A stretch of 64,000 bases of DNA from a virus. The stretch is taken from positions 10,874-74,873 of the IMG/VR virus record IMGVR_UViG_3300020183_000053; one strand, 5' to 3'. Position 1 is the first letter of the stretch; the number at the start of each line of letters is the position of its first letter. A program made the position numbers and the translations under genes. Shown here piece by piece: positions 36,101-44,120 of the stretch. Under the pieces are notes generated by a model that was given only the letters and a program-made list of their open reading frames with translations, had not been told where the DNA came from and did not search any database.

Positions 36101-39100
36101 TTAGAACCTGCCACGGTCGAACCCGACGTGCACGCCCGCCCGCAGTGTAGTGCGGCGCAGCTCTCGCTGCAGCCTCGGGGCCTCGCCCCGCTGGCCAGCC
36201 GTGAACAGCGCCTCGTCCAGCGTGCGCCCGTTGGCCTGCACCACCACCTGCAGCTGCTGCCCAGCGGCTGCGCCTGCACCACCAGCCACCGCGCCCTGCA
36301 TCGCCGTGGCGGCCTGCAGCATCGCGCTGGCCAGCCCCGCAGCTGCAGGCACCTCCAGCTCGCCGGGCGTGTAGCCACGCGCCGCTGGTGCCAGCCCAGC
36401 AGCCAGCTGCCCACCCATAGCGTCCAGTGCCTGCCGTAGCAGGTCGGCGGGGCGCTGCGCAGCGATCACATAGTCACCCGGTGCAAACCGGGCGCTCAGC
36501 CCATCGGTGCCTGCCTTCACGGCACCGGGCGTGTCGCCGAACGATGAAGTCTCCGCGCGGCCCAGCGTGAAAATCTCGGTCAGCACGTCCTTGAAGAACT
36601 GCACCAGCCGCTGCAGGCCCGCCACGACAGCCTCACCGATGCCCCGCGCCAGTGTGGCCAGCGCCTCACCGAGAGCCAGCACCAGCCCCACAGTCAGCTC
36701 GTACAGAATGGCAGGCAGGCTCTTGATGATAGCGGGCACCAGCTCGGTGATGAACGCCACCACCAGGGTGGGGACAAGCCCGATGAGCGCGGTCACAATC
36801 TGCGGCAGTGCGTTAGCGACACCACCGATAACCGCAGGAATAAGCCGAACAATCGCTGAGATAAGCTGCGGCAGCATCGTGATGATGGCCACAATCAAGT
36901 CGGGCAGCATGGCCACCACACCCACCACGATGTCGGTCACGGCCAGCAGCAGCGCCTCCACGATGGACGGCAGCTGCAGTATCAGCTCCTCCACCAGCAG
37001 GGTGACCGCCTGCAGCAGTGCCGCCACCAGCTGCGGCAGCTGCTGCACCACGCCCGTGATCAAGCGCGGCACCTCGGCCACCAGCACAGTCACCACCTGC
37101 AGCGCGCCCTGGGTGAGCGCCTGCACGATGGTGGGCAGCTGGGCGATGACCACCTGCACCAGCCCCAGGGCGGCGTCCACCAGTGCGGGCACCAGCGCCT
37201 GCACCACCTGCACCAGCGCCTGCACCAGCTGCGGCACAGCGCGCAGCACGGTGTCCACCAGCACAGGCACCAGATCAATCAACGCCACCACCGCCTGCAG
37301 CAGTGCGGGCAGCGCGGCCTGCAGCGCGGCCACCAGCGCCTGCACCAGCGCGGGCAGCTGCTCCACCAGCGCCTGCACCAGCACGCCCACACTGTCGGCC
37401 AGCGCCTGCACCACAGTGGGCAGCTCGGCCACCAGGGCGGCCACCAGGGCGCCCGCAGCCTGGGCCAGCGTGCCAGCCAGCCCAGGCAGCGCAGCGGCGA
37501 ACTGCTGCACCAGGGCGGGCAGCTCGGCAGCCAGCGCCTGCAGCGCCGCAGGTGCTGCCTCCACGAACGTGGCCAGCAGGTCGCTGGCGCCGCCCAGCAG
37601 CTCCTGCACGTACAGCACCGCACCCTCTGCTGCCGTGGCGGGAAGCCCAGCCAGCGCGGCCTCGTAGTCGGCGGGCGACAGCTCACCGGCTGCCAGCTGC
37701 TCCTGCAGTGCGGCGGCGTCGGCCATGCCGCTGGCAGCAGCGTCCACCGCACCGGACAGGCTGAACGCGAACCCGGTCAGCTGCCCGAACAGGTCCACCA
37801 CACCACGCGCGGCGCTGGCGATACCCACACCGATGGCGCGGGCCACCGCCAGCGCGGCGCGTTGCACAGCGCCGAAGGCTGCGGCCATCACCTGGGCGGC
37901 CTTGCTCGTTTCTTCGGCAGTATCCTCGCCCGCTGCAATGATGGCAGCGGCATAGTGTGCCACCACTGCCTGCCGCTCGGCCAGCTGGTCCTCACCCAGC
38001 CGTGCCAGCAGGGCGTCCCGCTCACGCTCCAGCTCGATCACCTTGCGGTTCTGGCCAGCGGTCAGCAGCACCACCTCTTCAGTGAGCTTGCGTTTCTGCT
38101 CCAGCACCCGCGCGTCATACACTGCATTGATTTCGGCTATCTGCTGCTCGGTTGCCTCGCTGTTCGCCGCCAGGGTGCGCAGCCGGTCCAGCTCGATGCG
38201 CTCCAGCTCATTCATCCTGCCTTCCGCGTCGGACAGCTGCAGCTGCTCGATCTCGGCGTTGATGGCTGTGTATGTCTCACGCACCCGCGCCAGCGTTTCG
38301 GCAGCCTCCACCTCTTCCAGCCGGGCGCGCGCCTGCATGAACCTCAGCATCACGTCCAGCCGCTCGGCGCTGCCCGCCTCATACAGTGCCAGCTCCTGCT
38401 GGAACTCCAGCTCCAGGGCGGCGCGCCGGGCGGTGGTGCGCGCCTGCAGGTCGGCCCGCTCACGCTCAGCGGCGGTGCGCCCTGCGGCGGCCAGCGCATC
38501 GTCCAGCTGCTGCACCAGTGCCTGCTGCTCCTGCTGCTGCTGCGCCGCAGCGTCGGCACGCACCACCGCCACCACGCGGGCGCGCTCCTGCTCGGCGGCG
38601 CGCACCTTGGCAGTCTGCCGACCATATGCGGCCACCTCCGCGTCGAATACCTTGTTCAGATCTGCCAGCTCGTTTTGAAGCTCCAGGGCGGCCTGCTGGG
38701 CGGCCTGTACCTGCCGCCGGGCGATTGCGTCCTCGACCCGCTCCACAGCTTTCAGTCGCGCCTCGTATGCCTTCTTTGCCTCGTCCGCGCCAGCCTTGGC
38801 CGCCTTGCCTGCCCCCTCGTCCTCGTCGGCCATGCGCCCGGTGCTGGCCGCCGCAAGGTGTGCGGCGATCTCTTTTTTGGCCAGTGCCTGCGTTGCCAGG
38901 GTGGCACCCTGCGCCAGCCCCTCGGCCTTCTCGCGCGCGTCATCGACACGTGCCGCAAGCTCTTGCGCCCGCGCCCGTGCCTCCTCTATGCTGCCCGCCA
39001 GCCCCTGGATCTGCGTTTTGAACGCCACCGTGGCCTGCCCACCAGCCTGGGTGAACGTGTCATAGGTGTCGATAGCCTTAGTGTACCGGGCCAGCTCGCG

Positions 39101-41014
39101 GTTCAGGGTGGCCACCTCCCCACGCGCCGCGCCCTGCGCCTGCTGCAGTGCCGCAGCGGCGTCAGCTGCCTGGGTGCTGGTGTCGTATTGCAGCTGCAGT
39201 GCGGTGGCGTGGTCCAGCACCACCTCGGTGCCGCCCAGCGTGGCGACGAACAGATTGCCGCTCGCCAGCCCAGCCTGCACACTGGCAGTGTCCAGCGCCT
39301 GCAGGCGCTCCAGCTGCTGGTCCAGCGTGCTGGTCAGCTCGCCCTCGGCCTGCAGCTGCAGCTGCAGCTGGCCCAGGCGCACGCCCTGCTGCGCCGCCAG
39401 GGCGTCGGCGGCGGCACGCTGCGCCTGCGCCCGCGCCTCTTGGTCCGCTGCCAGTGCCGCCTCGGCGGCGCGCAGCCGTTCGGCTGCGGCCTCGGCCTCG
39501 TTGGTGGTGGAAACAAGGTAGATGAGGCCAGCCACCAGCGTGCCGACAGCAGCTACCACTGCGTAGATGCCACCAGTGGCAGCGGTCAGTGCCAGCATCA
39601 CCGCGCGAATGCTGCCGCCCATCGCGGTCAGCGCGGTGATGCCGCCCTGCACAGCGATAGTGAACACGCGCACCTTGTCGGCCACCCATACCAGCAGCAT
39701 CGTTTTCGCAAGCGTGTCCAGCGTTGGAATCATGCGCACCAGCAGAACCACGGCGTCCCGCAGGCCAGCCACGAAGTCCACGAAGGTGGTGGCAATCATG
39801 GCGCGGTTCTCGCGCAGGAACTTGACCGCCTGCCCCACCATCTGCTCAAAGCTGTTACCGATGGTGCCAGCTGATCGGTTGAAAACAGCGGCCACGTAAG
39901 CGATAGTGCTGGCAAGCTCGTCAAGCAGGTCGCCCAGCGGCCCCTTCATGGTGTCGAACAGCGACAGCATGAGTTCTTGGAACGCTGACAGGGCAATATC
40001 GAACCGCCCTTGCACCGTGTCCGTCATCCTGTTGTAGAGCACCTCGGCCTGCCCGGCGCTGTTTTCCACTTGATCGAGCAGTGTATAGTATCCTGTAGTG
40101 CTGTCCCCGAACTGTCGCGCAATCTGCGCCACGTTGGCACCACTGCGCTGCCCGAACACGTCGAGGGCGTCGCTGGTGGTCATGGACACACGCCCCACCG
40201 TCGTCATGATTTCAGCGAAGCTGTGCAGTTCGGGGTTGATGTCCTGCGCCGTCAGCCCATACTTGGCCAGCGTGCGCTGCGCGTCCTCGGTTACGTTGGC
40301 TGCGGCAGACAGCGCCATGCGAAAGTTCGTGCCCGCCATCGAGCCTTCGAGGCCCAGGTTTCGGAACTGCGCCACCGCTGCCGTCGTTTCCTCAAGCGAG
40401 TACCCGAAGCCTGCGCCAACGGTGCCAGCGTATTTCATGGCCTCGCGCAAGCTCTCCACGTCAAAAAGCGACTTGCGCAGTGCAGTGCTGAACACGTCGG
40501 CCACTCGGCCCGCCTGTGTAGCGTCAAGCTGAAACTGCGACAGGGTGGCAGCGGTGAGCGAGGTCGCCGTGGCCATGTCGGTGCCCGCGCCAGCCGCGAA
40601 CAGCAGCGCCGGGCCGCTGCTGTTCAGAATGGCGTTCACGCTCATGCCAGCGCGCGCGAAGTCCTGCATCGCCGTGGCGGCCTCGGTCGCCGTGAACTTT
40701 GTGCTGGCTCCAAGCTCGCGCGCGCGCGCGGTCAGCTGCGCCAGCTCGGTGTCGCTGGCACCAGCCACGGCGCCCACCGTGGTGATGGCCTGCTCAAAAT
40801 CGGCGCCCACCTTGACCGCAGCCACACCGAACGCGGCTAACGCTGCACCAGCCGCAGCCAGTGCACCCGTCACAGCTGTGTCGAGACTGTCCGCGAACTT
40901 TACGCCAGCCCCCTGCATCTGCTCCAGCGCGCTGGTGGCGCCCTTGATACCACCACGGAACTGGCTGTCCTCCAGTCCCAGCTCGACCAGCAGCTTGCCG
41001 ATGGTTGACGCCAT
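36101..41014 (-). CDS. Tape measure protein (TP901-type)
   Basis: 1637 aa; ARELGASTKFTATEAA, GSMAGT motifs; coiled coils; 11-residue LP..V repeats. Confidence 0.92.
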   Translation of the reverse strand: MASTIGKLLVELGLEDSQFRGGIKGATSALEQMQGAGVKFADSLDTAVTGALAAAGAALAAFGVAAVKVGADFEQAITTVGAVAGASDTELAQLTARARELGASTKFTATEAATAMQDFARAGMSVNAILNSSGPALLFAAGAGTDMATATSLTAATLSQFQLDATQAGRVADVFSTALRKSLFDVESLREAMKYAGTVGAGFGYSLEETTAAVAQFRNLGLEGSMAGTNFRMALSAAANVTEDAQRTLAKYGLTAQDINPELHSFAEIMTTVGRVSMTTSDALDVFGQRSGANVAQIARQFGDSTTGYYTLLDQVENSAGQAEVLYNRMTDTVQGRFDIALSAFQELMLSLFDTMKGPLGDLLDELASTIAYVAAVFNRSAGTIGNSFEQMVGQAVKFLRENRAMIATTFVDFVAGLRDAVVLLVRMIPTLDTLAKTMLLVWVADKVRVFTIAVQGGITALTAMGGSIRAVMLALTAATGGIYAVVAAVGTLVAGLIYLVSTTNEAEAAAERLRAAEAALAADQEARAQAQRAAADALAAQQGVRLGQLQLQLQAEGELTSTLDQQLERLQALDTASVQAGLASGNLFVATLGGTEVVLDHATALQLQYDTSTQAADAAAALQQAQGAARGEVATLNRELARYTKAIDTYDTFTQAGGQATVAFKTQIQGLAGSIEEARARAQELAARVDDAREKAEGLAQGATLATQALAKKEIAAHLAAASTGRMADEDEGAGKAAKAGADEAKKAYEARLKAVERVEDAIARRQVQAAQQAALELQNELADLNKVFDAEVAAYGRQTAKVRAAEQERARVVAVVRADAAAQQQQEQQALVQQLDDALAAAGRTAAERERADLQARTTARRAALELEFQQELALYEAGSAERLDVMLRFMQARARLEEVEAAETLARVRETYTAINAEIEQLQLSDAEGRMNELERIELDRLRTLAANSEATEQQIAEINAVYDARVLEQKRKLTEEVVLLTAGQNRKVIELERERDALLARLGEDQLAERQAVVAHYAAAIIAAGEDTAEETSKAAQVMAAAFGAVQRAALAVARAIGVGIASAARGVVDLFGQLTGFAFSLSGAVDAAASGMADAAALQEQLAAGELSPADYEAALAGLPATAAEGAVLYVQELLGGASDLLATFVEAAPAALQALAAELPALVQQFAAALPGLAGTLAQAAGALVAALVAELPTVVQALADSVGVLVQALVEQLPALVQALVAALQAALPALLQAVVALIDLVPVLVDTVLRAVPQLVQALVQVVQALVPALVDAALGLVQVVIAQLPTIVQALTQGALQVVTVLVAEVPRLITGVVQQLPQLVAALLQAVTLLVEELILQLPSIVEALLLAVTDIVVGVVAMLPDLIVAIITMLPQLISAIVRLIPAVIGGVANALPQIVTALIGLVPTLVVAFITELVPAIIKSLPAILYELTVGLVLALGEALATLARGIGEAVVAGLQRLVQFFKDVLTEIFTLGRAETSSFGDTPGAVKAGTDGLSARFAPGDYVIAAQRPADLLRQALDAMGGQLAAGLAPAARGYTPGELEVPAAAGLASAMLQAATAMQGAVAGGAGAAAGQQLQVVVQANGRTLDEALFTAGQRGEAPRLQRELRRTTLRAGVHVGFDRGRF

Positions 41015-41061
41015 GATCACGCTCCCGCCTGCATCCTATCGCACGGGTGGCCTGGGCGGGG

Positions 41062-41337
41062 CTACACGTCCTCGACAGGCAGGCCCAGGGCGGCCAGCTG
41101 TGCAGCCACGTCACGGTGGCCACCTGCTGGCGGCGGCTGTGCAGCTGCCTGGGCTGCCTGCGCCGCACGTGCGCGGGCTGGCTTCTTCACCTTGCCACCC
41201 AGCGCGCTGCTGATGGCACCCAGCACCAGATTCGCCTGCTCGGCTTTGTACGCCACCACGCACTGCGACACCACGTGCAGCTGCTGCCACGTGAGGCCCA
41301 GCACGTCGTCAAGCGTCCACCCGCTGCCGAACAGCAT
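41062..41337 (-). CDS. Tail assembly chaperone, frameshift extension (gpT-like)
   Basis: In the -1 frame relative to the upstream chaperone, open back to the slippery site. Confidence 0.65.
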   Translation of the reverse strand: MLFGSGWTLDDVLGLTWQQLHVVSQCVVAYKAEQANLVLGAISSALGGKVKKPARARAAQAAQAAAQPPPAGGHRDVAAQLAALGLPVEDV

Positions 41338-41366
41338 CCCCAGCCCCTGCTGCAGCTGCTCGATGG

Positions 41367-41834
41367 TTAGCCCGGCTGCGGCCCCACTCCGCTCGCCAGC
41401 ACCTGCACTCCCTGCCCCAGCCTCCGCACGAACCGCTCCGAGAAAGGGACGAGGGACACAGCCAGCTCCTCGATAGGCAGCACGTCCAGCGGGTCGCGCC
41501 CCTGCAGGGCGTCGGGGTAGGCAGCGGCGAACGCCTTGCCCAGCAGCTCAGCCACCTGCTCGTCCGTTGCCAGCTGCACCACCGCGTCCACCAGCCCAGC
41601 GGTGCCAGTGCCACGCACCAGCCCGATGGCTTCACCCAGCTGCGGCAGCTCGGCCAGTGCCTTGATGAGACGAAATACCTGCACCTGACGCCGCGCCGGG
41701 ATTGCGCCGGGCAGTGTCACCTGGGTGCCGTCCACGGTGCGCACCTGCACCTGCTCGGGCGGCACCAGCTTGTCCAGCAGTGCAGTCAGCTGAGCGTTGA
41801 AGTCGGGGTTGATGGCGTTGTCGGGCTGGCTCAC
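41367..41834 (-). CDS. Tail assembly chaperone (gpG-like)
   Basis: Between tail tube and tape measure; AGGAGG RBS. Confidence 0.7.
   Translation of the reverse strand: MSQPDNAINPDFNAQLTALLDKLVPPEQVQVRTVDGTQVTLPGAIPARRQVQVFRLIKALAELPQLGEAIGLVRGTGTAGLVDAVVQLATDEQVAELLGKAFAAAYPDALQGRDPLDVLPIEELAVSLVPFSERFVRRLGQGVQVLASGVGPQPG
41442..41448 (-). other. -1 ribosomal frameshift slippery heptamer C CCT TTC
   Basis: X XXY YYZ in the correct phase; -1 frame is stop-free into 41062-41337. Confidence 0.7.
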
Positions 41835-41860
41835 GGTGCACCTCCTGCGGCGTCGTGGTT

Positions 41861-41870
41861 ACTGTATCAC
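41861..41870 (-). promoter_or_regulatory. Extended -10 promoter-like motif (class II)
   Basis: GTGATACAGT, identical to 51085-51094. Confidence 0.55.
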
Positions 41871-41959
41871 GCCACCAGCCGCACCGGAACGCACGAACGG
41901 CGCAGCGTGGCGGTGCTCGCCTCACTGCGCCGCAGGGCGGCAGGTGCTGCCAGTAGCCG

Positions 41960-42511
41960 TCAGAGCTGGCGCTCCAGCTTGATCAGCTGCACGCGGGGCG
42001 CCAGGGCGTTGCCGTTCCAGTCGGTCGCCGAGCGGAGCGCGGTGTAGGAATACTCGAACTGATGCTCGTCCTGGCCCAGCGGCAGGGTGAGGCCCATGTC
42101 GCTGGTGGCCTTCCAGACGTACACGTTCATCGTATTGCCCGTGACCGCCATGTGGTGCTGGACCCATAGCGCACACTGTGTCACGATGGGGTCGCCGCCG
42201 AAGCTGAACGTCTCGGCGCTGCCCGACACGGTGGTGGTGCCAGCACCCATCGCCCGCGCGAAGTTATCGAAGTTCCACTCGATGCCGCTCACGGTCACCT
42301 TCGCGCCCTGGGTCTGCGCGAAGTTATAGACAGGGATCTTGGGGTTTCCCTGGCTGATGTACCGCTTTTCGCTGGTGATCTCGATGCTGACACCATCCTC
42401 GGTGATGCTGCCCACGTCCACGGTGGGCGTGGCGCCAGCCACTCCCAGGTAGAGCACGGCGGGGCCGAAGCTGATGTCGTTGGTGGTTACGGTGGGGACG
42501 TTGAACGGCAC
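41960..42511 (-). CDS. Major tail tube protein
   Basis: ISFGPAVLY..DVGSITEDGV; size and position; hairpin at 41898-41932 downstream. Confidence 0.8.
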   Translation of the reverse strand: MPFNVPTVTTNDISFGPAVLYLGVAGATPTVDVGSITEDGVSIEITSEKRYISQGNPKIPVYNFAQTQGAKVTVSGIEWNFDNFARAMGAGTTTVSGSAETFSFGGDPIVTQCALWVQHHMAVTGNTMNVYVWKATSDMGLTLPLGQDEHQFEYSYTALRSATDWNGNALAPRVQLIKLERQL

Positions 42512-42612
42512 GGGTGCCTCCGGTGCACTGTGGGTGTTGGGCGTGGCACCGCTCGCGCCTCTCAGCGTCTGCTGCGGGATGCGCGCAGGGTATCACAGGC
42601 CACCCGGCTGGG

Positions 42613-42960
42613 CTACGGTCGGCGCGCGTCCTCCAGCCGGTTCCGCTGCCCGCAGCGGCGGCACGGCACCTCCACCACACCACCCGCACCTGGGCGCACG
42701 TAGCACACGAAGTCTTTGTAGCGCACCCGCAGCTCGTCTGTCTTTTCGTCGTATATGCCCAGGCGCGCGGCGCAGCTGGTGCAGCTCCACACGGTGTCAC
42801 GCATCGTGGTGGCCTCGTCCCCGTCGCCGCTGCCGCTACCGCTGCTGGCGGCTGCTGCGGCCAGCACCGCCAGCTGCCCGGTCAGCGCCTGCACGGCAGC
42901 CTCCAGCTCGTGCAGGCCCACCTCCAGGCGGTGCAGCCGGGCGTCAGCGGGGGCTGCCAT
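42613..42960 (-). CDS. Zn-ribbon protein (Mu Com-like)
   Basis: WSCTSCAARLG...VEVPCRRCGQRN. Confidence 0.6.
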   Translation of the reverse strand: MAAPADARLHRLEVGLHELEAAVQALTGQLAVLAAAAASSGSGSGDGDEATTMRDTVWSCTSCAARLGIYDEKTDELRVRYKDFVCYVRPGAGGVVEVPCRRCGQRNRLEDARRP

Positions 42961-43147
42961 CGCGCACCTCCAGCCGCACGGTGCGCCCGCAGGCACCGCA
43001 GCCCAGGATGGTGTCGCTGCCATCGCCACGCGCCCGCCCGGCTGCAGCCTGGGCGGGCAGTGTGGCCAGCGTGGCGCCGCAGGTGCACCGCACCCGCAGC
43101 GGCGGTCCAGCCGGTGCGTTCCCGGCCTGCCAGTCCTGTGTCCTCAC
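42944..43147 (-). CDS. Small Zn-ribbon protein
   Basis: VRCTCGATL...CGACG; GTG start overlaps upstream stop. Confidence 0.5.
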   Translation of the reverse strand: MRTQDWQAGNAPAGPPLRVRCTCGATLATLPAQAAAGRARGDGSDTILGCGACGRTVRLEVRDGSPR

Positions 43148-43581
43148 TGTCCGCTCCTGTAACTGGCGCGCACAGCCCACTGACCGCGCGCAAAGTATGC
43201 CCTCGTCGCCTCGTTCCAGCCATCCTCGGGGCGCTCGGTTTCCACACAGTAGCCAGCCAGCGCGATGCCATTCCGGCGCAGCAGCTGGTGCTGCAGCGCG
43301 GCGGTGCACGCATCGTAGATCCGCGCTGCCGTGCCAGAGCTTTCCCGGTCATAGCAGAACAAGTCCATCGTAACGACTTGGAACGTGCTGGTGGGGCTGG
43401 TGCGGCCAGCCACCAGATCGAACACCACCAGCGGATAGGTGGCGCCGCCCGCGTCTGGTGTGAGCAGGTGCGCGCCGTGCACCTGCGCACCCACCAGTGC
43501 GGCCACACCAGCGTCGGCCAGCAGGTGGCTGCGGACCAGCAGCTTCAGCTGCTCGATACTTGGCGCAGGGTTCAGTGGCAT
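43144..43581 (-). CDS. Tail terminator/completion protein
   Basis: LLADAGVAALVG, YPLVVF; position before the tail tube. Confidence 0.7.
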   Translation of the reverse strand: MPLNPAPSIEQLKLLVRSHLLADAGVAALVGAQVHGAHLLTPDAGGATYPLVVFDLVAGRTSPTSTFQVVTMDLFCYDRESSGTAARIYDACTAALQHQLLRRNGIALAGYCVETERPEDGWNEATRAYFARGQWAVRASYRSGQ

Positions 43582-44120
43582 CACGGTCCTCCAGCGCCGA
43601 AGCGAATACCCGCCTGCGTGCGCAGCTCTGCACCCATCACCAGCACGAACGCGCGCAGCATCTGCGGGCGCACGTGTGGGGCGCTGGCTGTCAGCCACAG
43701 CACGTCGCGCGGCAGCATCTTTCGCGTGCCTTCCACCACCCAGGACACGTGAGGCGGCACGTTAGCCCACCATCCGAGCAGGTAGTACGGGCGGGCGCCG
43801 CCACCAGCGCCACCAGCGCGGAACTTGACTTCGCCCTGCAGCGCGGCGGCCATGCGCCCGGTGCGCGTGTGCACCACGTGCGTTTCGCCAGCGTGCACTC
43901 TGATAGTGCCGTGCCGCTTGGCATACGGGTGATCCATCCGGCGCAGCTGCTGCAGTGTGTGGTCGGTGCGGGTAAGGTTGGCGTAGACCGCGCCCTTCGC
44001 CACCTCGCCCGCCTTGCCCATCGCCCGGCCAGCGGCATCGCGCAGCACCCGGTCGGACAGCTGGCGCAGGTTGATCACCGTCGCCTCAATGCCGACCACC
44101 CGTGTGCGGTTCGCTGCCAT
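43581..44120 (-). CDS. Neck protein (HK97 gp10-like)
   Basis: RTGRM, WVVEGTRKMLPR. Confidence 0.65.
   Translation of the reverse strand: MAANRTRVVGIEATVINLRQLSDRVLRDAAGRAMGKAGEVAKGAVYANLTRTDHTLQQLRRMDHPYAKRHGTIRVHAGETHVVHTRTGRMAAALQGEVKFRAGGAGGGARPYYLLGWWANVPPHVSWVVEGTRKMLPRDVLWLTASAPHVRPQMLRAFVLVMGAELRTQAGIRFGAGGP

Noticed and set aside
36650-37600. Periodic repeats in the tape-measure C-terminal half
   Set aside because: Ordinary 11-residue amphipathic periodicity of tape measure proteins
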